Shown here: positions 18,357-27,635 of the stretch, in pieces
Layout: each line of letters starts with the position of its first letter
How positions within the stretch are numbered: the first letter of the stretch is position 1
Source: a virus
Taxonomy: Duplodnaviria > Caudoviricetes
Length of the DNA: 64,000 nt
Strand: one strand, 5' to 3'
IMG/VR virus record: IMGVR_UViG_3300007214_000006
The notes under the pieces: generated by a model
What the model was told of the DNA's origin: nothing
Databases searched by the model: none
Seen by the model: only the letters and a program-made list of their open reading frames with translations
Position numbers and translations under genes: made by a program

Positions 18357-18939
18357 GCAATGTTTATTATTAAATGCTGATTATACTCCGATACGGATTA
18401 TATCATGGAAAAAGGCTATTGTATGGTCTATGAAATACGAACCGAACCATAAATATGGTATCGAGATTATATCTTATTATCAAGATGAAGTTATACGTGG
18501 CGCGTGTGGTAAAAACTATTTGGTTCCTGCTGTTGCTAGAACCAGGCATTTCTTCAATCTATATAATAAAAATATTAATTTTTCACGAAAAAATTTATTT
18601 ATCAGAGATGATTATACCTGTCAATATTGTGGTAAACAATTTCCTGTATCTCAATTAACATATGATCATATTATTCCAAAAAGCAGATTTGATATTCACA
18701 CCAAACATAAATGCACAAATTGGATTAATATCGTAACATGCTGTTGGCAATGTAATCATAAAAAAGGAAATAAAACACCAAAAGAAGCAAATATGAAATT
18801 GCTTAATCAGCCTATAATTCCAAAATATTGTGCCGTATACTTGCCCTGGTACCGAGATCTATTTACTATAAATAACAGTTTTCCTGAATGGAATCCATTT
18901 ATAAAGGGTTTGATTAATAATGAAAATAAATGTATCTGA
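18331..18939 (+). CDS. HNH endonuclease (McrA-like)
   Basis: LLLNADY, RKNLFIRDDYTCQYC, TYDHIIP, WINIVTCCWQCNHKKG. Confidence 0.9.
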   Translation: MIMKEINHKQCLLLNADYTPIRIISWKKAIVWSMKYEPNHKYGIEIISYYQDEVIRGACGKNYLVPAVARTRHFFNLYNKNINFSRKNLFIRDDYTCQYCGKQFPVSQLTYDHIIPKSRFDIHTKHKCTNWINIVTCCWQCNHKKGNKTPKEANMKLLNQPIIPKYCAVYLPWYRDLFTINNSFPEWNPFIKGLINNENKCI

Positions 18940-19333
18940 TTATAAAATTTCAAATAGAGATACCACAGAAGATAAGTTTTATACTATCAAAGGGATAGAG
19001 TCTTTTATAGACGAAAATGGTGACCCAAGAACAAATAATGACTCCGATAATATTTATGCAAAAGCGATAAAGAGCTATGCGTCTAAAGATATACAAAATA
19101 AAACTTTGCATTATAGGTATTATATACTAACAGACTCCAATGGAAATCCACATAATCCTATAGAACAAACTTCTTTATCTTCTATTACAAAAAAAAATGA
19201 ATTATATATGAATAAAGTTTGCAAGACAATTCATATCTTCACAGAAGTGCCGAAAAATATTTTTGATTATTATATTTCTTTCTTAAAAACAAAAAGTAAA
19301 AAATTTTTAATTGCAGTACAGAGAGAATTATAA
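18920..19333 (+). CDS. Hypothetical protein, paralog of 20011-20400
   Basis: FIDENGDPR...FTEVPKNIFDYYISFLKT...QREL. Confidence 0.75.
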   Translation: MKINVSDYKISNRDTTEDKFYTIKGIESFIDENGDPRTNNDSDNIYAKAIKSYASKDIQNKTLHYRYYILTDSNGNPHNPIEQTSLSSITKKNELYMNKVCKTIHIFTEVPKNIFDYYISFLKTKSKKFLIAVQREL

Positions 19334-19678
19334 ATGCCCACTTACACATATTTTTGTAATAAGTGTTCATGTAAATTTGAACTATTTTTTTCTATAGCAG
19401 AGTACGATCCTAATCCTAAATGTGTGGGATGCAAATCTGGTCTAACAGAACGCTCATATAAGGATGATATGCAAAATATGATGGGGTGCGTTAAAAAATC
19501 TGATTCTGAACTAAAGACTGTTGGTGATTTGGCAAATAGGAACAGAGATAGAATGCCAGATGATCAGAAAAAAGAATTATATAACAAACACAATTCTTAC
19601 AAAGAAGAAGCAGCAGATAAACCTCTACCAAAAGGTATGACTAGACTTAAAAAACAGAATAAAATCAAATGGACATAA
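19334..19678 (+). CDS. FmdB-family zinc-ribbon protein
   Basis: MPTYTYFCNKC...PKCVGC. Confidence 0.8.
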   Translation: MPTYTYFCNKCSCKFELFFSIAEYDPNPKCVGCKSGLTERSYKDDMQNMMGCVKKSDSELKTVGDLANRNRDRMPDDQKKELYNKHNSYKEEAADKPLPKGMTRLKKQNKIKWT

Positions 19679-19681
19679 TAT

Positions 19682-20014
19682 ATGATAAATGAAGAAGATT
19701 TTCAGGAAAAATTAAAAGAACTAGAAAACTTGAGTGTCGAAGAATTAAAAGAAATCTTGGACATGAAAAACGATTATGAATTTGAAGACAAAAAAAAACT
19801 TATACAATGTTCCCATGAGATAGTATTTTCTATTAATGCTTCTGTATTAATGGAAAATGAAAAGGGAGAATTAACTGGCACCAGAGAAATATGCACAAAA
19901 AATTACCATATACCAGTACCAATCGATAAAGATTATGAAATATTCATGAAAACATTTTTTGATTATATAGAAAATTGTTTGAAACATGGCATTAAGGAAG
20001 GAATAAAAGAATGA
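19682..20014 (+). CDS. Hypothetical acidic protein
   Basis: Operon-packed ORF, no motif recognised. Confidence 0.65.
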   Translation: MINEEDFQEKLKELENLSVEELKEILDMKNDYEFEDKKKLIQCSHEIVFSINASVLMENEKGELTGTREICTKNYHIPVPIDKDYEIFMKTFFDYIENCLKHGIKEGIKE

Positions 20015-20400
20015 AAGAGGATTTTATTTTTTCTCAACAATCAAAAAACATAAAAACATCAAATGAAGATAGTTTTTTTTGTCGCTTAAAACATAAAGAT
20101 TTTATAGACAAGGACAATAATCCAAGACTGAATAATGAAGAAGATATAAAAATATTAGCTAAAATTAAATACAAATCAAATGGTATTCCAAAATATTTGA
20201 TTAGAATAGACGAAACCAAAAAATTATTTAATCCAACATTAGATTTACCAGAAGTAAGGAGTATCAAAGCCTTACATTCTATCGGTGGTTCTGGTTTATC
20301 TTTTAAAGAGGTAAATAAGAAAGCCTTTGATCACTATTTAATGTTTCTTAAAACAGATAACCCTTCATGGATTTTAAATGCAGAAAGAGAGGATTTGTAG
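20011..20400 (+). CDS. Hypothetical protein, paralog of 18920-19333
   Basis: FIDKDNNPR...FKEVNKKAFDHYLMFLKT...EREDL. Confidence 0.75.
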   Translation: MKEDFIFSQQSKNIKTSNEDSFFCRLKHKDFIDKDNNPRLNNEEDIKILAKIKYKSNGIPKYLIRIDETKKLFNPTLDLPEVRSIKALHSIGGSGLSFKEVNKKAFDHYLMFLKTDNPSWILNAEREDL

Positions 20401-20739
20401 ATGTCAAAATTAAATAAAACACAAATATATGCAATTAGATGGTTGGCTAGTCAAGCCACTTCTCCAGAAATTATAGCGTCAGAATTAGAAATAAACATAG
20501 AGCAAGTCAATAAAACTATGGAAAAATATGGATCTTCTACAACTAATGAAGACAATGTTCAAGTTAAAAAAAGCTCTACAAAAATATCAAATATGATAAC
20601 AGAAACTTCTGGCAAAAAAACCAATAGTGTTGCTATAATGACTAAAGAAGCATCAGAAAGACATGATGCTATGAGAAACAAAACTCAAACCAAGCATAAT
20701 AATGAAAAAACTATCTTTAGACCAAAAAATAATGGATAA
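20401..20739 (+). CDS. Hypothetical protein with a possible N-terminal helix-turn-helix
   Basis: SPEIIASELEINIEQVNK. Confidence 0.6.
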   Translation: MSKLNKTQIYAIRWLASQATSPEIIASELEINIEQVNKTMEKYGSSTTNEDNVQVKKSSTKISNMITETSGKKTNSVAIMTKEASERHDAMRNKTQTKHNNEKTIFRPKNNG

Positions 20740-21142
20740 ATATATATCTAAATACTCGAACGGAAAACCAGTTTCTGCAGCACAGTATATTACGGAATTA
20801 ATCTGTGAAAATAAAGCTAAAAAAGATAAATTAGATTTACATTATAGATTTTGGACAAGCAAATCATGGTCTCTTTTTTATAGAAATCAAATAGCTTCAG
20901 CAAATAAGCTTGTAGAAAAATATGATGCCAAAGCTATAATAGCAGCATTAAAACATAAAGATGCAGCAAAAATATATTCGTTGCGAGCGCCTCACCTTCC
21001 TGCTATAATAGAAAAAATGCAGCAAGAGATAGGGTCCCAAAACACTGTATTAAGTCAAAAATTTGATAGATCGGATAAAACATCTATCAGACCTCAGCAA
21101 AAAACGAAAAATATAATTTCAAAATTAGAGGAACTAGAATGA
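20732..21142 (+). CDS. Hypothetical protein
   Basis: Operon-packed; start moved to ATG 20732; YISKYSNGKPVSAAQYITELIC. Confidence 0.7.
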   Translation: MDKYISKYSNGKPVSAAQYITELICENKAKKDKLDLHYRFWTSKSWSLFYRNQIASANKLVEKYDAKAIIAALKHKDAAKIYSLRAPHLPAIIEKMQQEIGSQNTVLSQKFDRSDKTSIRPQQKTKNIISKLEELE

Positions 21143-22152
21143 CCTTAAAAGAGGATGTAATTAAAAATTTTGGTGATGAGATTATCTTAAGTGGCAATGC
21201 TTTGGTTGACAAAAAAGTTCTTACGATACCAGTAGGACCGTCTTTAGATATAGCTCTAAATGGAGGTATCCCAGAAGGAAGTTTTGTTGTATTAACAGGA
21301 CAACCCAAATGCGGCAAGACAACAACTTCTCTAGATTTTGCAGCCACCGCTCAAAAATTAGATTACGCCTATGGACCATTTAAAGAAGGCAGACAAGTGT
21401 ACTACCTTAACATCGAAGGTAGACTAAAGAAAAGAGATTTAGAAGGCATTCCTAATCTTGATCTATCAAGATTTCATATTATTGGTAGTCAACAAGGAAA
21501 AATATTACATGCCGAAGAATATTTGCAAATAGCAGAAAGAATTATAAACGAGATACCTGGATGTATTCTGATAATAGACTCATACTCTGCATTATGCACA
21601 GAAGCAGAAATAACTAGCGATATGGATAAAATGCAAAGAGCAGACGGAGCAAAACTATTAGCAAAATTTTGTCGTAAAGTAGCAAATGTAATACCTGTAA
21701 ATAAAAATATTGTTATAGGCATTACGCATTTAATGGGTAATCCAACTGGATATGGAGCTGAATTTAAAGAAAAAAGTGGACAAGCTATCGCGTATCAGAC
21801 AGACATAAAATTACGAGCAAAAACATTTAAGCCGTGGATTGTTGGTACCGATAATACTCAAATAGGTCAAGAAATAGAATGGCAAGTCGTTTGTTCTGCG
21901 CTAGGTCCGCCAGGAGCAACAACAACAAGCTATATAAGATATGGGCAGGGTATAGATAAACATACTGAATTAATTAATTTAGCTTCGGATGTCGGAATAA
22001 TACATAAAGGCGGAGCGTGGTATACTATTACCAATCTAGAAGATAAACCTAAATTTCAAGGAACAGAAAAAGTTAGGGTTTTTCTTTTAGAAAATACAGA
22101 AGCGTATGCAAAAATAGAAAAAGATGTTAAGGATGTTTTGGGAATAAAATGA
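21139..22152 (+). CDS. recA: RecA/UvsX-like recombinase
   Basis: SLDIALNGGIPEG, Walker A GQPKCGKTT, Walker B IIDSYSAL, KGGAWY. Confidence 0.85.
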   Translation: MTLKEDVIKNFGDEIILSGNALVDKKVLTIPVGPSLDIALNGGIPEGSFVVLTGQPKCGKTTTSLDFAATAQKLDYAYGPFKEGRQVYYLNIEGRLKKRDLEGIPNLDLSRFHIIGSQQGKILHAEEYLQIAERIINEIPGCILIIDSYSALCTEAEITSDMDKMQRADGAKLLAKFCRKVANVIPVNKNIVIGITHLMGNPTGYGAEFKEKSGQAIAYQTDIKLRAKTFKPWIVGTDNTQIGQEIEWQVVCSALGPPGATTTSYIRYGQGIDKHTELINLASDVGIIHKGGAWYTITNLEDKPKFQGTEKVRVFLLENTEAYAKIEKDVKDVLGIK

Positions 22153-22556
22153 AAATTGTAGATTTGGATGGAAATATCCACCATTGGCACTTGACAGGAC
22201 ATATAGCAAAAGGTAGACTGGTCAATAAGTCTTCTCTGCATTTGGCAGCAAGAAAATTAATAGCATCAATGTTTCCAACGTTTCAGATTCTGGAAGAGGT
22301 TTCCATACCTCTTAGAAAATCTGAAGTATTATATCTAGATTTTTATTTACCATTACCCAAATTATGTATAGAAGTTCATGGCGAACAGCATTTTAAATTT
22401 GTTCCCTTTTATCATAATAATATTCTGAGTTTTTTAAAGTCTCAAAAAAGAGATACAGAAAAAACAGAATGGTGCGAAAAAAATAATATCAAACAAATCA
22501 TATTTGCTTATAACGAAACAGAATCACAATGGAAAGAAAAACTTCAATATGAGTAA
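22149..22556 (+). CDS. DUF559/Vsr-like PD-(D/E)XK endonuclease
   Basis: LYLDFYLP...IEVHGEQHF...RDTEKTEWC. Confidence 0.8.
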   Translation: MKIVDLDGNIHHWHLTGHIAKGRLVNKSSLHLAARKLIASMFPTFQILEEVSIPLRKSEVLYLDFYLPLPKLCIEVHGEQHFKFVPFYHNNILSFLKSQKRDTEKTEWCEKNNIKQIIFAYNETESQWKEKLQYE

Positions 22557-23040
22557 AACAACACAAGAAGAACTACAGCATTGGGATAAAATTCTAGACG
22601 ATTATGAAAAAACACTATCATTACCGGAATACAGCGCTGGATGTTCAGTTCCAGAAATAGAAATAAATAACTATCTTAGCATGTCGAGAGATCAAATAGA
22701 AAAATTAAACCCAGAAGATTGTGCGCAGATATCTTATAGATTGTCTCAGTTCGGATTTTATTTACAAAGAAGCTTAAATAGAGAAATAGCAAGATTTAAT
22801 TGGTCAGAAGAAAGTATCAAAGAGACTATTGCAGACGAAATAAATAATTATAAAGGATATGGGTATTTAGAAAAATCTTTGCAGGCTATTAAACACAATG
22901 ACAGAGCATCAAATCTATTTAAAATAAAGAAATATGCTCAACAAAGAATGGACAGACTAAGTTATTTGGCCAATAATCTAAAAAATTTATCTGATATACT
23001 CCTCTCTATTCAAAGAACCAAGGTGAAGCATGCCTCTTGA
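22549..23040 (+). CDS. Hypothetical helical protein (possible recombination mediator by position)
   Basis: Start ATG 22549; coiled/helical; lies between RecA-like gene and helicase. Confidence 0.65.
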   Translation: MSKTTQEELQHWDKILDDYEKTLSLPEYSAGCSVPEIEINNYLSMSRDQIEKLNPEDCAQISYRLSQFGFYLQRSLNREIARFNWSEESIKETIADEINNYKGYGYLEKSLQAIKHNDRASNLFKIKKYAQQRMDRLSYLANNLKNLSDILLSIQRTKVKHAS

Positions 23041-23410
23041 TAACGATGATATCAAACAATTAATAGCAATATTACAAAAGGGCTTATCGGACGAAACCGA
23101 TAGCATAGCTGAGTCACCTAAAAAGACTAAACAAACATTTACGAAAACTAAAAACTATACAAAATCAAACAAAAAAGATAACAAGTCTAATAATAAATTT
23201 GATACAATGATGGAAAAAAATCTTCACAAAGAAGATCTTGAGGTAGATAAATTATTATCAAAGTATCCACCAACAGCAAGATCTAGAGAATTCTCACCCG
23301 TATCTGTAAAATGTAGAGTTTGTGGCAGAGAAGAGGAAATTAATCCGGCATTGATGAATGATGCTCCAAATAGATATAAATGTAATAGATGCTCAAAGGA
23401 GCCTGGGTAA
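23030..23410 (+). CDS. Hypothetical protein with a C-terminal Zn finger
   Basis: CRVCG...YKCNRC. Confidence 0.7.
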   Translation: MPLDNDDIKQLIAILQKGLSDETDSIAESPKKTKQTFTKTKNYTKSNKKDNKSNNKFDTMMEKNLHKEDLEVDKLLSKYPPTARSREFSPVSVKCRVCGREEEINPALMNDAPNRYKCNRCSKEPG

Positions 23411-24867
23411 TGGTATTGTGTGATCCGTCAGCAGAAAGAGCGGTCCTCAGTTGTATTATGCAATACGGGGAAAAAGCATATTTCGAAATTAATGATATAA
23501 TAAATGAATCTTGTTTTACTATAGATAGTAATCAACTTATTTATAGTTGTATCAAGCATATATTTGCTAATAACCAGGTCAGTTCCCTAGATATTGCGTC
23601 GATATATTCGGCGGCACAGGACATTGGTGTGGCTCATATTCTAAATAAAAAAGAAGAAGCTCAACATCTTAAAGCTGTTTTAGATTTTCCCGCCAATCTT
23701 GAGAACGTAAATCAATTTGCTATAAAAATAAAAAAACTAGAAATAGCAAGATCTTTACACAAAGAATTAGAGAATGCTCAAGATAAATTATTAGACGTTA
23801 CCGGATCTGAATCTATAGCATCGATATTGTCAATTGCAGAAGATACACTTCTTGACTTTGGTTCACATCTATCAAACGATAACGAACCAAAAGCTATCGG
23901 AGATGGCATAGACGATTACATAGAATATTTAAAAACTAATCCTGTTGATCAGATAGGAATATCAACGGGCTTCCCGATATACGATCACGCAATAGGCGGA
24001 GGTTTCAGAAAAGGTACTGTTAATGTTATTGCCGCAAGACCAAAAGTAGGCAAAACATTATTAGCAGATAATATAGGATTTTTTATAGCTAATAAATTAA
24101 ATATTCCTGTTTTGAATATGGACACAGAAATGAGCACAAACGATCATATTCACAGAATATTAGCAATGATGACAGAAACAGAAATTAATAGTATCGAAAC
24201 AGGAAAATTTGCAACAACTCCAGCAACAGAAAAAAAGATCAATGACGCAAAAGAATCATTAAAGAATACCAAGCTATACTATAAATCAATAGCAGGAAAA
24301 CCATTCGACGAGCAATTAAGTATCATGAGAAGATGGTTATGTAAAGATGTTGGATTAAATACTGATGGAACAGCTAAGGATTGTGTGATAATATATGACT
24401 ATTTAAAACTTATGGATAGTGCTGGCATAAGCCAAGATTTAAAAGAGTATCAAATACTAGGCTTTATGATGACATCTTTACACAATTTTGCAGTTAAATA
24501 TCAGATACCAATTTTAAGTTTCATTCAATTAAATAGAGACGGCATAACAAAAGAAAGCACCGATACCGCATCTGGTTCAGATAGAATTATATGGCTATGT
24601 AGTAATTTTTCTATTTTTAAGAGAAAGTCAGACGAAGAGATTGCAGAAGATTCTGGAAAAAGCGGTAATAGAAAATTAGTTCCATTAATATCTAGACATG
24701 GAGGATGTTTAGATGATAATGATTATATAAATTTTAATCTTAAAGGATGGTGCGCAAAAATTACCGAAGGCCAGACAAAATTAGAAATATCAAATGGCAT
24801 CAAAAATACAAAAGATGGATTTATAGTAAATGAAGACAATGACGAAGAAGAAATCAGTTTCATATAA
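23410..24867 (+). CDS. dnaB: Replicative DnaB-like helicase
   Basis: AERAVL, ISTGFPIYD, Walker A AARPKVGKT, YDYLKLM, FIQLNR; TAATG coupling. Confidence 0.92.
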   Translation: MVLCDPSAERAVLSCIMQYGEKAYFEINDIINESCFTIDSNQLIYSCIKHIFANNQVSSLDIASIYSAAQDIGVAHILNKKEEAQHLKAVLDFPANLENVNQFAIKIKKLEIARSLHKELENAQDKLLDVTGSESIASILSIAEDTLLDFGSHLSNDNEPKAIGDGIDDYIEYLKTNPVDQIGISTGFPIYDHAIGGGFRKGTVNVIAARPKVGKTLLADNIGFFIANKLNIPVLNMDTEMSTNDHIHRILAMMTETEINSIETGKFATTPATEKKINDAKESLKNTKLYYKSIAGKPFDEQLSIMRRWLCKDVGLNTDGTAKDCVIIYDYLKLMDSAGISQDLKEYQILGFMMTSLHNFAVKYQIPILSFIQLNRDGITKESTDTASGSDRIIWLCSNFSIFKRKSDEEIAEDSGKSGNRKLVPLISRHGGCLDDNDYINFNLKGWCAKITEGQTKLEISNGIKNTKDGFIVNEDNDEEEISFI

Positions 24868-25990
24868 TCAACATAAATTAAAACTATTGTCGGACAAATT
24901 GTGCGATAATATAGAATCTTTATTAGATTATTTCGGAATAGAATACAAAAGATTATCAAAAATGATAACAATGAGCTGTCCTATACACGGGGGAGATAAT
25001 ACATCTGCACTTAATCTTTATCCAGAAGGCGATACCTACAGAGGTAATTGGAAATGCAGAACTCATCATTGCGAAGAAATATTCAAATCTTCTATTATTG
25101 GATTTATTAGAGGTGTTCTATCCCACAATAATCATAATTGGCTAAAAAATGGAGATACTGTATCATCTTTTGACGATGCTTTAATTTTTGCTCAAGATTT
25201 TATAAAGCAAAATTTATCGGATCTAAAAATTGATAAAAAAATTATAGAAAAAACAAGTTTTGTCAATACCGTCAACTATATAAATACTAAACATAATAAT
25301 AATCAATCTCGCGTTACTAAACAACATATAAGAAAATCATTGGCGATACCATCTTCTTATTTTTTATCTCGTGGATTCTCGGAACAAATATTAAATAAAT
25401 ATGACGTAGGAGACTGCTTGACATTAAATAAAGAAATGTCCAATAGGGCAGTTGTTCCTGTTTATGACTCAGAATATAGATATATGGTAGGATGCACAGG
25501 AAGAAGTATCCACGAAAAATGTCAAATATGCTCATATTTCCATGAACCAGGGCATCCGTGTCCCAAAGACGATTACGCTTGGTTGATGTCCAAATGGAAA
25601 CACAATAAAGATTTTAAAACACAAGAATATTTATATAATTATTGGTTTGCAAAAGATTTTATAAAAAAAACAACGTGCGCTATTATAGTTGAAAGTCCCG
25701 GTAATGTATGGAGATTAGAAGAAACAGGGATACATAATTCTGTAGCAATATTTGGTTGTTCATTATCCGATAAACAAAAAATGTTATTAGATATTTCTGG
25801 AGCATTAAGTTTGGTTCTTATTATGGACAATGATGATGCTGGCAGTAAAGCTGCTGATGCAATAGAGAAAAAATGTAAAAAAACATATAATATTCATCAT
25901 GTTAAAATTAGTAAAGAAGATATTGCATCAATGAATACAGAAGAAATAAAAAAAGAAATATTACCACAAATAGAAAGATTGTGTCTATGA
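24830..25990 (+). CDS. dnaG: DNA primase (Zn finger + TOPRIM)
   Basis: CPIHGGDN...WKCRTHHC; IIVESPGNV; LIMDNDDAG. Confidence 0.85.
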   Translation: MKTMTKKKSVSYNQHKLKLLSDKLCDNIESLLDYFGIEYKRLSKMITMSCPIHGGDNTSALNLYPEGDTYRGNWKCRTHHCEEIFKSSIIGFIRGVLSHNNHNWLKNGDTVSSFDDALIFAQDFIKQNLSDLKIDKKIIEKTSFVNTVNYINTKHNNNQSRVTKQHIRKSLAIPSSYFLSRGFSEQILNKYDVGDCLTLNKEMSNRAVVPVYDSEYRYMVGCTGRSIHEKCQICSYFHEPGHPCPKDDYAWLMSKWKHNKDFKTQEYLYNYWFAKDFIKKTTCAIIVESPGNVWRLEETGIHNSVAIFGCSLSDKQKMLLDISGALSLVLIMDNDDAGSKAADAIEKKCKKTYNIHHVKISKEDIASMNTEEIKKEILPQIERLCL

Positions 25991-26589
25991 CCAAAATAAT
26001 AGCATTTGCTGGACGCAAGCAGTCTGGTAAGACAACATCTGCTGAATTTGTTTTAAATTTATTTAATAGTTTAGTCGCAAATAATCTGAATGATGGTATA
26101 GCTAAAATATATAATTTTGCAGATCCTCTTAAGACTTTATGTATAGACGTACTAGGTTTAGAATACAGACAATGCTATGGATCAGATACTGATAAAAATG
26201 AATTAGTTGACTGTTATTGGGATGGACATCAATTATCAGCAAGAGATGTTATGCAAATTGTGGGTACTGATATTTTTAGGAAAATGAAACAAAACGTATG
26301 GTCTGACGCTACCATTAGAAAAATCTTGAAAGAAAAACCAGATATTGCCATTATAGCAGATTGTAGATTTCCAAACGAAGTAGATGTTATAAAGTCTGTG
26401 AATGGTATCATTATCAAGCTGAATAGAAATCCATATAATTCATGTCATTCTAGTGAAATAGCATTGGATCATAATCAATACGATCAATCTATATTTGATT
26501 TAATCATAGAAAATCAAGATATGAATATAACAGAACAAAATAAAATTATCTATGATTTCATAAAATCAAGGAGCATACTACCATTATAA
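25987..26589 (+). CDS. Deoxynucleoside monophosphate kinase (T4 gp1-like)
   Basis: IIAFAGRKQSGKTT, FADPLK, RDVMQIVGTD, IIADCRFPNE. Confidence 0.88.
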   Translation: MTKIIAFAGRKQSGKTTSAEFVLNLFNSLVANNLNDGIAKIYNFADPLKTLCIDVLGLEYRQCYGSDTDKNELVDCYWDGHQLSARDVMQIVGTDIFRKMKQNVWSDATIRKILKEKPDIAIIADCRFPNEVDVIKSVNGIIIKLNRNPYNSCHSSEIALDHNQYDQSIFDLIIENQDMNITEQNKIIYDFIKSRSILPL

Positions 26590-27632
26590 TAACATATTTT
26601 AGATCGTCTAGCTTTAATGCTCATTCTATGTGCGAGCAGCAATATTTTATAGAATATGTTTTGGGTTGGAGAGGACCGTCTGGACAAAAGGCGGACAAAG
26701 GAACAATAGTACACAAAGTGCTAGAAGTATTAGCCGTTATTAAAAAAGCTAAACAAGATAATTTAACATTTATATGCGATGATATCATTGGTAATATTGA
26801 TATAAATAACTATAATCTTGATAATTTAATAGATATAATATACAACCATTACTCACTATCAGCAAAACATCATAAATGGTATCCAAAAGACAAAAAAGAC
26901 TGTGCAGAATGGGTTTATAAGGCTATTAATTTTAATGATGGTATGTTCGATCCCAGAAATAGAAATATTTTGGAACCAGAGCAGCATTTTGATTTTACTA
27001 TAAATAAATCTTGGTCACAATATTCTTATAAAACACCAGATGGAGTTATTTCAGGTAATCTGGCCCTAAAAGGAACTATAGACTTAATAACGTTAGTTAA
27101 TGAAAAAACTATAGAAATTATCGATTGGAAAACAGGAAAAAGATTAGATTGGGCTACTGGCCAAGAAAAAACTCAAGAAAAACTAGAAAATGATCCTCAA
27201 TTAAGAATATATCATTATGCTATCAGTCATTTGTATCCTCAGATCGAACATATAATTTTTTCTATATATTTTATAAATGATGGCGGACCATTCTCTATAT
27301 GTTTTGATAAAAATGATCTTCAAAAAACAGAAGATATGCTAAGACAAAAATTTGATATAATAAAGTCTGCAAAAAGGCCAAAATTGCACAAAAGCTGGAT
27401 GTGTAATAAACTATGTCATTTTGGCAAAACAAATTTTTCTGATTCAAGCATATTGCCTATATTAGAATACAGAGATGGGCAAATATGCAAACAGGGCGAA
27501 TTTATGACTAAATGTGAACAAATCAAACATGATTTAGAGTTGCATGGTATGGATTTTGTTGTACAATCATATAAGCATCCAAATCATTCATTTGGAAAAT
27601 ATAAAGCACCAGGAAGTATAGAAGGAGAATAA
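26583..27632 (+). CDS. PD-(D/E)XK (RecB/Cas4-like) exonuclease, probable AUU start
   Basis: RSSSF..HSMC..QY, KGTIVHKVLE, GTIDLI, IIDWKTG, QLRIY, CNKLC; SD AAGGAG 26568-26573 is 9 nt before in-frame ATT 26583; ORF track uses ATG 26628. Confidence 0.82.
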   Translation: MIITYFRSSSFNAHSMCEQQYFIEYVLGWRGPSGQKADKGTIVHKVLEVLAVIKKAKQDNLTFICDDIIGNIDINNYNLDNLIDIIYNHYSLSAKHHKWYPKDKKDCAEWVYKAINFNDGMFDPRNRNILEPEQHFDFTINKSWSQYSYKTPDGVISGNLALKGTIDLITLVNEKTIEIIDWKTGKRLDWATGQEKTQEKLENDPQLRIYHYAISHLYPQIEHIIFSIYFINDGGPFSICFDKNDLQKTEDMLRQKFDIIKSAKRPKLHKSWMCNKLCHFGKTNFSDSSILPILEYRDGQICKQGEFMTKCEQIKHDLELHGMDFVVQSYKHPNHSFGKYKAPGSIEGE

Positions 27633-27635
27633 GTA

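Noticed and set aside
26583-27632. Cas4 as evidence of a CRISPR-Cas system
   Set aside because: No cas1/cas2, array or effector in the window; stand-alone Cas4/RecB-like exonucleases are common in phage replication modules.
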